In this document: in pieces, positions 17,906 to 28,541 of the stretch
Position numbering within the stretch: position 1 is the first letter of the stretch
How the letters are laid out: every line of letters starts with the position of its first letter
Source: a virus
Lineage: Duplodnaviria > Caudoviricetes
Direction: 5' to 3' (one strand)
DNA length: 58,136 nucleotides
Virus record (IMG/VR): IMGVR_UViG_3300019886_000006
Coordinates: 1-58,136 of that record
The notes under the pieces: generated by a model
What the model saw: the letters and a program-made list of their open reading frames with translations, nothing else
What the model was told of the DNA's origin: nothing
Database searches by the model: none
Translations under genes and position numbers: made by a program

Positions 17906-18202
17906 ATGGCTAATCTACCATTAAGACTTCCTATAGAGCAAATGCAAGTCAAATGGAGTTCTCAACTCAATCCTGTTATCTCTAACCCTGTAATTAATGG
18001 TCTTCAACTCACAAATATAAAGCTAACTACTGGTAATAACTCTGTGAATCATCTTTTAGGCCGCGACTTACAAGGCTGGATAATCGTAGGTATTAATGGT
18101 ATCTCAGATATCTATGATACCCAAGCCACAAATCAACTTCCTAAACTTACTCTTAACCTTGTTTCTAGTGCTGATGTAATCGTCTCACTTTGGGTCTACT
18201 AA
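17906..18202 (+). CDS. Small virion protein
   Basis: In the structural module; 'NHLLGR' fibre-associated pattern. Confidence 0.55.
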   Translation: MANLPLRLPIEQMQVKWSSQLNPVISNPVINGLQLTNIKLTTGNNSVNHLLGRDLQGWIIVGINGISDIYDTQATNQLPKLTLNLVSSADVIVSLWVY

Positions 18203-19635
18203 TGGCTAATACAACTATAAGTCCTAATATGTCCCTTCCTTTACCAACTATAGGTCAAGATCCAGGTCCCGATTATGCATTGAATGTAAATGCTAGTTTG
18301 ACTTTGCTTGATCAGCATGATCATTCATTTGGTAAAGGTGTACAGATTACTCCTTCAGGCATGAATATCAATTCTACGTTGTCATTAAATAACAATATAT
18401 TGAGTATCGCACAAGCAGTTACATTCCAAGCCCAATCTGCCGCCTCTACATTACCACAAGGACTATCTGTAGCTCCGGGAGGAGAAAGTCCGCCTCAACA
18501 AGACTTGTTTTATACTCCTAATACAGGCATACCTATACAAATAACTAAGAATGGAATCGTTAATGCTACTGTGGCATCTATCCCAGGTGAGAGTTATGCA
18601 GCTGGTACCTTCTTTTGGACCCAAACCCAAGACTCTTTACCAACAAATCCAGCATCATTTGATATAGGTCAGATAACATTACGACCAAATATCTCCTCTA
18701 CATCATTCGGAGTTACTTTAGTTCCTCCTTCAACTTCTACATATAATTTTGTCTTTCCCGGTTCATTACCTGCTTCTACTAAATTTTTAACTATAGATAA
18801 TGCCGGTAATGTAGGAGATAATACAGATGTAGATAATTCTACGATAGTTATAACCAGTAATACAATAAAAGTACCTTCAGGCGGTATAACTACTACTCAA
18901 ATAGCAAATCAAGGTGTTCAGACTGCTAATATCCAAGACGGCGCTGTTACTCAAGTCAAACGTGCTCCTTTAGGTATACAGGTATCAAGACAGTTCAGCT
19001 TTAATAAAACTATAGCTAGTTCTACAGGGTCTACATTAACATCAGATATAACTGTGAATTCATTTTCTTCTCCTAATATAACAATAGGAGGGCCTTCTCC
19101 AGCAGCTCAACAAGTATCTGTTAATGATCCTGTAACATTTACTACTTCAGGGACTTTACCATCAGGTATAGTATTAGGAGTCACGTATTTTGTTCTTACA
19201 GCGAGTTCTATAACCCACATAATCACTATCTCTGCAACTATGGGCGGGGCTACCTTGACATTCACTGGTGCTGGAACAGGTGTTGCTACAGCCCATTTCA
19301 ATAATGTTTTAGTCAATATACCATCTACAGGAAGGCCTATTGCTATATCATTCCAAGCAGGATTCCAAGGAAGTGCATCTATAGATCTTAACTCTGGATC
19401 TAGTACAAATGGTTTTCAACTCCAAGTAATAAAAACACTTCCTACTGTCGCGGTAATAGCTACTATACAAACCGGAACTAATACTAGCTTAGATTTCGTG
19501 GCTCCTTCTGCTTATAATACGATAGACTACAATACAACAATAGATAACTACCAGTATCAATTAGGCGTATTTAATGCAGCTGGGGTATCTATTACTGCAA
19601 CTATTACAGGCGTTTTAGTAGCATATGAGTTATAA
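18202..19635 (+). CDS. Tail fibre/spike-like virion protein
   Basis: Ser/Thr/Gly-rich; 'ITTTQIANQGVQTANIQDGAVTQVK' fibre repeat. Confidence 0.6.
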   Translation: MANTTISPNMSLPLPTIGQDPGPDYALNVNASLTLLDQHDHSFGKGVQITPSGMNINSTLSLNNNILSIAQAVTFQAQSAASTLPQGLSVAPGGESPPQQDLFYTPNTGIPIQITKNGIVNATVASIPGESYAAGTFFWTQTQDSLPTNPASFDIGQITLRPNISSTSFGVTLVPPSTSTYNFVFPGSLPASTKFLTIDNAGNVGDNTDVDNSTIVITSNTIKVPSGGITTTQIANQGVQTANIQDGAVTQVKRAPLGIQVSRQFSFNKTIASSTGSTLTSDITVNSFSSPNITIGGPSPAAQQVSVNDPVTFTTSGTLPSGIVLGVTYFVLTASSITHIITISATMGGATLTFTGAGTGVATAHFNNVLVNIPSTGRPIAISFQAGFQGSASIDLNSGSSTNGFQLQVIKTLPTVAVIATIQTGTNTSLDFVAPSAYNTIDYNTTIDNYQYQLGVFNAAGVSITATITGVLVAYEL

Positions 19636-22600
19636 TGGCTTTAAATAAACAAACAGTTAACATTTCGTTCGGCAAGGGAATCGAGACTAAGACAGACCCT
19701 AATCAGATCCCATTAGACTCATTTCTCGCATTACATAACTCTGTATTTACTACTACTAATCGTCTTACTAAACGTAATGGATTCTCGAATATAACTACTC
19801 TCCCAAATCTATTTCTTTCTACTAACCTTACTACTCTATCAGATAATTTAATAGCTACAGGCTCTAATTTATATGCATTTTCTGAAGACACAAACCAATG
19901 GTATAATAAAGGCCTTACTCAGCCGATTCAACTCTCTACATTACCTATAGTCAGGGCATCTACATCTCAAGTATCTCCAGATGTAGCAGTAGCAGCAAAT
20001 GGGCTTATATGTACTGTTTATGTAGATAATGGTGTTTCTTACTACCAAGTATCAGATTCTAGGACTGGGACTCAAATCCAATCTCGTACTGCTTTAGAAT
20101 CTACAGCTACTAATCCAAGAGTATTTTTACTTGGAGTTCATTTCGTTATAACATACATGGCTACTATAGGATCAACTCCTACATTAAGATATATTGCAAT
20201 GCTGACTAATAATATTCCTACAGCTTCAGCCCCTATAACTATTAGTTCATCTGTGTCAGCTATTACTGACGGATATGATGGTTTTATAGTAAATAACTCA
20301 TTATACTTAGCTTGGTCTGCTTCTTCGTCTTCTGTAGAAGCTACATTCATGACATCTGCATTAAATATTGCTACCCCTGTATCTGTAGTTACTACTAATA
20401 CCCAGCAATTCATGAGTGTTACAGCTGATACAGATAATTTAAGGATATATATAACTTATTGGTCATTTAATACAGCTGTTACAGCAAGTAACTCGTTTAC
20501 TTATTCACTTTCGCCTGTTATGACTACTACATCTCCTACAGGAAGTTTATCAGATGATGTAAAAGAATTAACATCCATTGTATTCAATGGAGTATTAAAT
20601 ATATTTGTGCAAGTAAGAAATGTCTATTCTTCTACAACTATTCGTTCTGATCTTATTTTTACATCTACTATAACTCCCCCTGCAACTGTAGGGGCTGGAA
20701 CTCCTACAGCATGGCAAATACTTCTTAGATCTGTAGGATTAGCTTCTAAGCCTTTTATACAAGGTGATACTATTTACATGATATCAACTTATGGAGAGCC
20801 TCCAACAGATTCTCCTCAGACATCTAATGAGCCTACATATTTTCTTATAGATAGTATAGGAAATGTTTATATGCGTTTAGCTCCTACTAATGGCGGGGGT
20901 TACGCGGCATCTCAAGTCCTACCAACCGTTAGTCTAAGTAATGGAAACTATTATACTCCTTATTTAATAAAAGACTTTCTAGCAACTGTAAATAAAACTA
21001 CTAACCCAGGACAACCAACAAGTGCTATATACACACAAACTGGTATAAATCTTGCACAATTCACTATAAATAATACAGGTCAGTATTCGAATGAAATAGC
21101 TGGGGCCTTGCATTTAACAGGAGGCCAACTTTGGGAGTTCGATGGTGTAAAGCCAGTAGAGCATGGATTTCAACTCTACCCTGAAAATATATCATCTACA
21201 ACTAATATAGTCGGTGGATTTTTAACCTCTCAACTTTATAACTATGTATTTACATATGAATGGACTGATAATGCTGGTAATTTGCATCGTAGTGCTCCTA
21301 GTATACCTTTATCAATAACTACTACAGGATCAGGTAATACAAGTTCTAATACATTATTAGTTCCTACTCTTAGGCTGACATATAAACAACCAACACCTAT
21401 GGTATTGGCCACATTGCCTCTAGGAGCACCTACAGTTAATCCTATACGTATAGTAGGATATAGATGGTCCACGGCTCAACAAGTTTACTATCAATTTACT
21501 AGTCTTACATCTCCTGTAATGAATAGGCCGGATTTAGATGTAGTAAGCATAACAGATACACAATCAGACTCTCAAATACTGGGTAATGTAATTCTTTATA
21601 CTACTGGTGGAGTTATAGAGGATATAGCAGCTCCAGCATCAATAGCATCTGCTTTGTTTGATAATAGACTTTGGCTAGTAGATGCCGAAGACCGGAACTT
21701 ACTATGGTATAGTAAACAAGTAATCGAAAATGTGCCTGTAGAAATGTCAGATCTATTGACTATTTTTGTGGCTCCTACTTCTGGTGCACAAGGGTCTACA
21801 GGATCTATATCTGCTTTAAGTGCAATGGATGATAAACTCATCATTTTTAAGAAAGATGCTATTTACTATATCAACGGTGTTGGTCCTGATAACACAGGGG
21901 CAAATAGTTCTTATTCTGATCCTATCTTTATTACCTCTACTGTAGGTACTATTTTACCTAATTCTATTGTTCTTACGCCTAATGGACTTATGTTTCAATC
22001 CGATAAAGGTATATGGTTATTAGGAAGAGACCTCAGCTCTAGTTATATCGGTAGCCCTGTAGAGAGTTTTACTAGCTCAGCTACAGTATTATCTGCTAAA
22101 GCAATACCAAGTACAAACCAAGTTCGATTCATACTAGACAACAACATGACTTTGATGTATGATTATTTCCAAGGACAGTGGGGTACACATAGTAATATAG
22201 GGGCGATATCTAGTACATTGTATCAATCAGCCCACACTTACTTAAATTCGAATGGACAAATATTCAAAGAAACTCCTAATATGTTCCTTGATGGCTCTAG
22301 CCCTGTTTTGCTGTCTCTTACTACTGCTTGGATCAATGTAGCAGGACTTCAAGGATTTGAGCGTTTTTATTTCGGGTATTTATTAGGTAGCTATTTTACG
22401 CCATTTACATTGGACTTGAATATCTCGTATAACTACCAGAATGGCTCTCAGCAGAACATCAAGATCATCCCTAATAACTATGCTCCTAACTGGGGCGGTG
22501 AGGCTCTATGGGGCTCTGGAGGCCCTTGGGGCGGTAGTAAATCAGGAAATGTATTCGAGGCTCGTTTCTTTCCAGAAAAACAGAAATGTGAGAGTTTTCA

Positions 22601-22742
22601 AATCTCAATAACAGAAGTCTATGACTCATCGTTAGGAGTTTCTCCGGGTCAAGGTCTTTCTATATCAGGACTGGCTTTAGTAATAGGAACTAAAAAAGGT
22701 TATAGAACTCAATCAGCTGGAAGATCATTTGGATCTAATTAA
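19635..22742 (+). CDS. Tail nozzle / tail tubular protein B-like (beta-propeller)
   Basis: 1035 aa, beta-rich; 'RLWLV...LWYS...LIIFKKDAIYYI' typical of P22 gp10/T7 gp12-like nozzles; position in the module. Confidence 0.7.
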   Translation: MALNKQTVNISFGKGIETKTDPNQIPLDSFLALHNSVFTTTNRLTKRNGFSNITTLPNLFLSTNLTTLSDNLIATGSNLYAFSEDTNQWYNKGLTQPIQLSTLPIVRASTSQVSPDVAVAANGLICTVYVDNGVSYYQVSDSRTGTQIQSRTALESTATNPRVFLLGVHFVITYMATIGSTPTLRYIAMLTNNIPTASAPITISSSVSAITDGYDGFIVNNSLYLAWSASSSSVEATFMTSALNIATPVSVVTTNTQQFMSVTADTDNLRIYITYWSFNTAVTASNSFTYSLSPVMTTTSPTGSLSDDVKELTSIVFNGVLNIFVQVRNVYSSTTIRSDLIFTSTITPPATVGAGTPTAWQILLRSVGLASKPFIQGDTIYMISTYGEPPTDSPQTSNEPTYFLIDSIGNVYMRLAPTNGGGYAASQVLPTVSLSNGNYYTPYLIKDFLATVNKTTNPGQPTSAIYTQTGINLAQFTINNTGQYSNEIAGALHLTGGQLWEFDGVKPVEHGFQLYPENISSTTNIVGGFLTSQLYNYVFTYEWTDNAGNLHRSAPSIPLSITTTGSGNTSSNTLLVPTLRLTYKQPTPMVLATLPLGAPTVNPIRIVGYRWSTAQQVYYQFTSLTSPVMNRPDLDVVSITDTQSDSQILGNVILYTTGGVIEDIAAPASIASALFDNRLWLVDAEDRNLLWYSKQVIENVPVEMSDLLTIFVAPTSGAQGSTGSISALSAMDDKLIIFKKDAIYYINGVGPDNTGANSSYSDPIFITSTVGTILPNSIVLTPNGLMFQSDKGIWLLGRDLSSSYIGSPVESFTSSATVLSAKAIPSTNQVRFILDNNMTLMYDYFQGQWGTHSNIGAISSTLYQSAHTYLNSNGQIFKETPNMFLDGSSPVLLSLTTAWINVAGLQGFERFYFGYLLGSYFTPFTLDLNISYNYQNGSQQNIKIIPNNYAPNWGGEALWGSGGPWGGSKSGNVFEARFFPEKQKCESFQISITEVYDSSLGVSPGQGLSISGLALVIGTKKGYRTQSAGRSFGSN

Positions 22743-22909
22743 TTTTAGTCCCACTACGGTTTATCATTTTACCAAAAAGCCAAGGCCCAAAATCAGGTTT
22801 AAAATATTCAATAGGTCTTTGCCATCTTAACCCAGTAAACTTATAAAGCAAATCAAACGTTTCCCAAATAAAAACATATATATTGTATTTCATATTTATA
22901 GGATAGCAC

Positions 22910-23329
22910 TTGTCATTACAGATAGCAAAAGAAATAGAAGTAGTCCCATTTAAATACGCCCATTTACCATTACTTTTAGAGATGCTAACAGATCAAAATA
23001 CTCCTTGGGCAACCAAAGTATCAATGAAATCCTTGCCTAAGATAGGGTACATAGCGTTACTAAACAAACAGCCTGTAGCAGCAGGATTTCTTCGTAGAGT
23101 CGAATGCGATGAAGTAGCTCAAATCGATTGTCTTACTTCTAATCCTTGGTTCGGAAGTATTATAAGACACGCAGCTATAACAAATGTAGTAAATCGTTTA
23201 ATAGAAGATGCTAAATTATTGAAACTCCAAGGAATAATAGCTTTTACTAAAGACCTTGGAGTATTATCTAGGGCTAAAGAACTAGGTTTTCAACAAAATG
23301 ATGAGAAACTCGTAGTTCTTAAGTTATAG
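22910..23329 (+). CDS. GNAT-fold virion-assembly protein (T7 gp13-like position)
   Basis: Follows the nozzle gene; 'PVAAGFL...AKELGF' GNAT-like. Confidence 0.5.
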   Translation: MSLQIAKEIEVVPFKYAHLPLLLEMLTDQNTPWATKVSMKSLPKIGYIALLNKQPVAAGFLRRVECDEVAQIDCLTSNPWFGSIIRHAAITNVVNRLIEDAKLLKLQGIIAFTKDLGVLSRAKELGFQQNDEKLVVLKL

Positions 23330-23335
23330 TTGATA

Positions 23336-23533
23336 TTACTTATCTCTTCCAATAATATACGCCGATAGAATCGTATCTATAACGAATATCTCGCCATATG
23401 TAGATATAAGATTGTCCATAGATCTAATAACAGCTGATTCTGGGATTAAATTTTGAAAAGGCGTTTCTACCAAATCACCTAAATTATTTTCATTTGGAAA
23501 CTCTAGTTCTTCTAAAAACTTTTTACTGTTCAT
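23336..23533 (-). CDS. Hypothetical protein, intact paralog of 15086..15285
   Basis: GGAG SD; sequence similarity to the paralog. Confidence 0.7.
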   Translation of the reverse strand: MNSKKFLEELEFPNENNLGDLVETPFQNLIPESAVIRSMDNLISTYGEIFVIDTILSAYIIGRDK

Positions 23534-23720
23534 AATATCTCCTGTTTATTTTAATGCTTTAATCCATTTAGAAATATCTTTTTTATTGACTTTCATATCA
23601 TTCCTTTGTTAATAAACCATCTAGTCTTTAGTATACCTGAAGACTCTACCCATTCAAGTTTAATCCTATTACCGTCAATCTCTATAACCTTAAAGGTATA
23701 AGGCCCTATTTTAATCGCGC

Positions 23721-24086
23721 TCATGAATCACTCATCCGGTCATGTGCAGCATCTACTAGTGATGCTTGTTTATCCGCTGACCATGATCCATCATCGAATT
23801 GAGTCAATAACTCAGATAAATCATCTAAATCTAGATTATCAAGTTTGAAATCCACTAGGACTTCATTTCTACCGACTAAAGTAGCATTCAAGATCTGTGC
23901 CATCGGAATATCATCATCCCATTCAATTTCAAATTCTCCGAAAATCTCGATTTCTAGGCCTAAAGCAGCTTGAATAGCATTGAATCCTAACATTTCTAGT
24001 ATAACAGGGCTAAGATCGATACCCATGATTTTACCTGTAAATTCATAGTATTTTACTTTAGTTAATTCTACTTTAATGTTTTTCAT
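23721..24086 (-). CDS. Acidic hypothetical protein
   Basis: AAGGAG SD on the minus strand. Confidence 0.7.
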   Translation of the reverse strand: MKNIKVELTKVKYYEFTGKIMGIDLSPVILEMLGFNAIQAALGLEIEIFGEFEIEWDDDIPMAQILNATLVGRNEVLVDFKLDNLDLDDLSELLTQFDDGSWSADKQASLVDAAHDRMSDS

Positions 24087-24155
24087 CTGGACTCCTTTGT
24101 TATGTTCTATATAGCTTATCGGGGTAATCTAACAGAACTTTAGGATTATTTCAAT

Positions 24156-24219
24156 TAATTGTGTCTTATAATGCACCAAATACCTAATAATTGTGTCTTA
24201 TAATGCACCAAATACCTAA
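24156..24219 (+). repeat. Perfect 32-bp tandem duplication running into late promoter copy 3
   Basis: TAATTGTGTCTTATAATGCACCAAATACCTAA x2. Confidence 0.9.
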
Positions 24220-24233
24220 TACGCTATATTAAG
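24214..24233 (+). promoter_or_regulatory. Putative late promoter, copy 3
   Basis: ACCTAATACGCTATATTAAG. Confidence 0.75.
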
Positions 24234-24274
24234 CCTGTAGTTACGGCCTAATTCAACCAATAGAAGAGGTTTAG

Positions 24275-25696
24275 ATGGGGTTCGTTTCCGGGTTGCTCGG
24301 CACTGCTGGCGGTGTTAATGGCACAGGTATAGATGCGCCATCTAAAGCCAATATACTTAACCCAACAACTACGGCTCAAGCTGGTACAGCATACAATGCC
24401 AACCAAGCAGCACTCAATCAACAAAACGCATTCTTAGCAGCTACCCAAGCCCAAAACGGTCTTGGGAACCAAACCTCGATATTCAATCAACTCCAAGGTG
24501 TTACTAATGGTACTGGTCCTAATCCAGCACAGGCTGGATTAGCTCAAGCCACGGGTGCCAATGTGGCTAATCAAGCCTCATTAATGGCCGGTCAAAGAGG
24601 CTCAGGAGCCAATGCAGGATTGATTGCACGTCAAGCAGCTATGCAAGGTGCTAATACCCAGCAACAAGCTGCAGGACAAGCCGCAACACTTCAAGCAACA
24701 CAAAGTCTTAATGCCTTGAACTCTCAAGGTGCAATAGCTAATACCCAGGCAGGTCAACAAGCCGCTGCTACAGGTGCTAATACTGCTGCCCAACAAGGCG
24801 AACAATCCCAAATCTTAGGTGGAATAGCCTCTCAAAACAATGCTAATGTAGGCATGCAATCAAGTATTAATTCAGCTAATGCTGGATTAGCAGGTACATC
24901 TATGCAAGGTCAACAAAATCTATTAGGTGGTATTACTGGTGGAATAGGATCAGCTTTAGGATTAGCCCAAGGCGGTAAAGTTCCTAGTTATGCATCTGGC
25001 GGCGGAGTATATGCAGATACTACTACAGATAACTTCGATACTTCTAATCAAAGTCCAGTAGATGTCTCTGGTACAGGTATGACTATTACTCCACAAGCAC
25101 CGACTACTCCTACATTATCTCAGCCTGGCCAATCACAAGTTAAAGGGCCTAAATCTAAAATGGCTCAGATGTTTGGTAGCCCAAATAAAAGTGGTCAACT
25201 TTCAGGTACAACTCTTGCAGGTAATACTATAGGTCAAGGTATCGGATCAGGAATAAAAGCATTATTTGGTCATAATGGTACAGCAGAAGTCAATAATGCA
25301 GCTGCTCAAGGAGCTGCACAAGCCCCCGGCGATACATCAGGCGGAACTATGGATAACTCAGGCCAATCAACTCCTGCAAATATCGGCGATATAAATAATG
25401 CCGAAATGAATGCAGCTCAAGGCGGTAAAGTACCAGCTATGCTATCTAAAGGAGAAGTGTATCTATCTCCTGATAAGGTAAAAGCAGTTTCTAAAGGTAA
25501 AAAAGATCCACTAAAAGCAGGAGAAAAAATACCTGGTAAACCAAAGCATCCAGGGAATGACTATCGCAATGATGTGGTGCCTAAGACGCTCAAAGAAGGC
25601 GGCATAGTAATACCAAATAATATAATTCAAGGCCCAAATCCTCATTGGAATGCTATGCGCTTTGTTCATCAAACGCTGAAAAATGGCAAAAAATAA
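24275..25696 (+). CDS. Internal virion (ejection) protein
   Basis: Gln/Ala/Gly/Asn-rich; AxGG motifs; 'VPAMLSKGE' motif; podovirus ejection-protein position. Confidence 0.7.
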   Translation: MGFVSGLLGTAGGVNGTGIDAPSKANILNPTTTAQAGTAYNANQAALNQQNAFLAATQAQNGLGNQTSIFNQLQGVTNGTGPNPAQAGLAQATGANVANQASLMAGQRGSGANAGLIARQAAMQGANTQQQAAGQAATLQATQSLNALNSQGAIANTQAGQQAAATGANTAAQQGEQSQILGGIASQNNANVGMQSSINSANAGLAGTSMQGQQNLLGGITGGIGSALGLAQGGKVPSYASGGGVYADTTTDNFDTSNQSPVDVSGTGMTITPQAPTTPTLSQPGQSQVKGPKSKMAQMFGSPNKSGQLSGTTLAGNTIGQGIGSGIKALFGHNGTAEVNNAAAQGAAQAPGDTSGGTMDNSGQSTPANIGDINNAEMNAAQGGKVPAMLSKGEVYLSPDKVKAVSKGKKDPLKAGEKIPGKPKHPGNDYRNDVVPKTLKEGGIVIPNNIIQGPNPHWNAMRFVHQTLKNGKK

Positions 25697-26247
25697 TGAT
25701 TATTTATAAAGCTACTTCAAAGACTTCAGGCAAAAGCTATATTGGACAAACGCGAAGTTCATTAAGAGAACGTAGACAAGGTCATTACGATAATTTAAAA
25801 AGATATAAAAATGCTTTGGGTTTAGCCATTACAAAATACGGTAAAGATGATTTTGAATGGACTATTATTCAAACTTGTGAAAGTATTGAAGAATTAAATA
25901 AGGCAGAAATTAAATGCATTAAAGAATTTAACACTGTAACCCCTAATGGCTATAACTTAACTACTGGAGGAGAAGGCGGTTACATTAGATCTGAAGAAAA
26001 TAGATTAAAAATAAGTAAATCTAAACTAGGAAAAACCCCTAAAAATCACTCTGCTTTATTTAAAAAGGGCCATAGACTTAGTCCTGAAAATGAGTTTAAA
26101 GGAACAGAAGTAATTAATTTAGAGAGCGGCGTTGTGTACAAAAGTATAAGAGATGCTGCTAAAGCTCATACTATTAATCATAGTACTTTAGCGTGGCGCT
26201 TACGACGTAAAACTACTAAGCAATTTGCGTATGTAGGAGCAGAGTAA
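25696..26247 (+). CDS. Free-standing GIY-YIG homing endonuclease with NUMOD-type DNA-binding segments
   Basis: 'IIYKAT...SYIGQT', 'GYNLTTGG', 'EENRLKISKS', 'YKSIRDAAK'. Confidence 0.9.
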   Translation: MIIYKATSKTSGKSYIGQTRSSLRERRQGHYDNLKRYKNALGLAITKYGKDDFEWTIIQTCESIEELNKAEIKCIKEFNTVTPNGYNLTTGGEGGYIRSEENRLKISKSKLGKTPKNHSALFKKGHRLSPENEFKGTEVINLESGVVYKSIRDAAKAHTINHSTLAWRLRRKTTKQFAYVGAE

Positions 26248-28541
26248 TGGCTAATATCAAATTAGATTTATCTAAAGTAAAACATGTTAAATCAGATGAA
26301 AGATCTACTACTCTTAGACATCAAGATGGTCATACAATCCACCTCCTTCATTCAGCATTAGCCCCAGAAAATAAAGCCCAGCTTCAAGCCCTTTCAAAAA
26401 TCTCTAAAGATGCCTCACAATCCGTAGATCAAAAGATGGCCTATGGCGGTGACGCTGTACGTAAAGCAGGAGCAGATTTCAAAAAGTCTACCGGCGCTAC
26501 TTATGGTATGACTCCAGAAACTCCTACTGTAAGTCATGTCGAAGGTGACGTAAGAACTCCCGAACAGAAATCTAAAGCTGAACATTACTATGATACTCCA
26601 GCGCCTTCAACTTCAGACCAAACTCCACAAAATACAGATGAAGACGGTTATCATAAAATGGCTAAAGGTGGAGAAGCCGAGTTAAGTGGATCTGGTTCTC
26701 CTGCTAATCCTATAGATAGACCTGATAAAGGTTTCGGATCTGTGATTGTTAAAGCCGAAGGCGGCAAAGTAGCCAAATACTGTATGTATTGTGGTGGTAT
26801 GGCGCATGGCGGTGAGTGTACTTCAGATAAACCTATGATGGCTGAAGGCGGAGACCCAGTAGATCAAATCGATCAAGCTGTTCCTCAATATGCAAACAAA
26901 GTCTCTTTAGAAACACCTTCAGCTAAAGTCGAAGATAGTCGTAGTCCAGCCCAAGCCAGAACAGAAGCTCTTTATAACCAACAAAGCTCTGGTATGACTA
27001 ATTTCGGTGCAGCTAAAGGTACTTTGCCAGATGAAGAACAGATGTTCGGACCTCAAGGTCAAGCTCCTCAAGCCTTTAATCCTGAGAATTATAAGATAGC
27101 CCAAACTCAATTTGCTGAAGAACAAGCCGATAATGCAGCTAAAATAGCCGGGGCTCAACAACAAGCAATCCAACAAAATCAAGTCCGTGCCCAAGCAGGA
27201 CTTCCTTTACTACCAGTTCCTAATACACCTCAAGGACCACAAATACCTGGTTCTGAAGAAAGCCCGCCACCAGGGACAGATAATCCACAAGATCCATCAG
27301 GTCAAAAGGCTATTACAGCCGCAGCTACACAGACTGACCCTACAGATCCTTATGCAATGCTTCAGTCAGGTTATAAACAACAACTTGCTGGTATTCAAGG
27401 TAAAAGTTCTGCTGAACAACAACAAGCCAAGGCTAATGCCGATATATTGGCAACTGCTCAACAAGCCAAGGCTACAGCATTATCGAACTATCAAGATCAG
27501 TATGCCGATTTAGAACAAGAACGTCAGCATCATATATCTGATATTCGCGAAGGCTATATCGATCCAAACCGATATTGGACAGGCGATAAAGATGGCAATG
27601 GGTCTCATTCTAAGTTAGCAGCAGGAATAGGCATGATTCTTGCAGGTTTTAACCCAACAAATAAGCCTAATGCTGCAATCGAATTCCTTAAATACAATAT
27701 GGATAAAAACATGCAAGCCCAAGTCGCAAATCTTGGCGCTAAAGAAAGTATGTTATCGGCTAATCTACGTCAATTCGGTAATATAAAAGACGCTACAGCT
27801 ATGACTCAGCTTATGCAGTCCGATATGATACAGAATAGCCTACAACAAGCCGCAGCAACAGCTGCAACTCCTATGGCTAAAGCCGCTGCTTTAACAGCAG
27901 CAGGACAGCTAAAACAACAAGACGCTCCTATGTTCCAAGAATTCGCTATGCGTAGAGCCATGATGAATATGGCTAATAATGGTACAGGAGACACCAATTC
28001 AATAGAACATATGATGGGTTATATGCGTGCAATCAATCCTAAAGCCGCTGAAGAAATGGAATCTAGATATGTACCTGGAGTAGGTATAGGATCTGTTCCT
28101 GTTCCAGAACAAGGCCGTCAACAAATCATCTCATCAAAGAACGTAAATGATCTTATGAATGCCTCATTACAATTCTCAGCACAGCATAAAGGTTCATTAG
28201 ATCCTCATGTATTAGCTCAAGCCAATACTATCCAACAACAGCTTATAGGATCTATTAAGAACGCCCAACACGATGGTGTGTATAAAGAATCTGAAGCCGA
28301 TTTTCTTTTGAAACAAATCGGAGGTAATCCAGCCTCTTTCTTAGCTGGTATATCATCTGTGCCAAAGATTCAAGAACTCCAAAATATTAAACAAATGGAA
28401 TATAAAAATCTTTTGAATACCTATGGTATCAAAGGAAAAGCCCTTCCTCAAACCTCTCAAAACGAAGGCCAAACCGCTACTAATCCCAAGACTGGCGAGA
28501 AGATCAAGATGGTTAATGGCAAATGGACATCGGCTAAGTAA
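26247..28541 (+). CDS. Internal virion protein
   Basis: AxGG repeats; Gln/Ala-rich helices; position. Confidence 0.65.
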   Translation: MANIKLDLSKVKHVKSDERSTTLRHQDGHTIHLLHSALAPENKAQLQALSKISKDASQSVDQKMAYGGDAVRKAGADFKKSTGATYGMTPETPTVSHVEGDVRTPEQKSKAEHYYDTPAPSTSDQTPQNTDEDGYHKMAKGGEAELSGSGSPANPIDRPDKGFGSVIVKAEGGKVAKYCMYCGGMAHGGECTSDKPMMAEGGDPVDQIDQAVPQYANKVSLETPSAKVEDSRSPAQARTEALYNQQSSGMTNFGAAKGTLPDEEQMFGPQGQAPQAFNPENYKIAQTQFAEEQADNAAKIAGAQQQAIQQNQVRAQAGLPLLPVPNTPQGPQIPGSEESPPPGTDNPQDPSGQKAITAAATQTDPTDPYAMLQSGYKQQLAGIQGKSSAEQQQAKANADILATAQQAKATALSNYQDQYADLEQERQHHISDIREGYIDPNRYWTGDKDGNGSHSKLAAGIGMILAGFNPTNKPNAAIEFLKYNMDKNMQAQVANLGAKESMLSANLRQFGNIKDATAMTQLMQSDMIQNSLQQAAATAATPMAKAAALTAAGQLKQQDAPMFQEFAMRRAMMNMANNGTGDTNSIEHMMGYMRAINPKAAEEMESRYVPGVGIGSVPVPEQGRQQIISSKNVNDLMNASLQFSAQHKGSLDPHVLAQANTIQQQLIGSIKNAQHDGVYKESEADFLLKQIGGNPASFLAGISSVPKIQELQNIKQMEYKNLLNTYGIKGKALPQTSQNEGQTATNPKTGEKIKMVNGKWTSAK

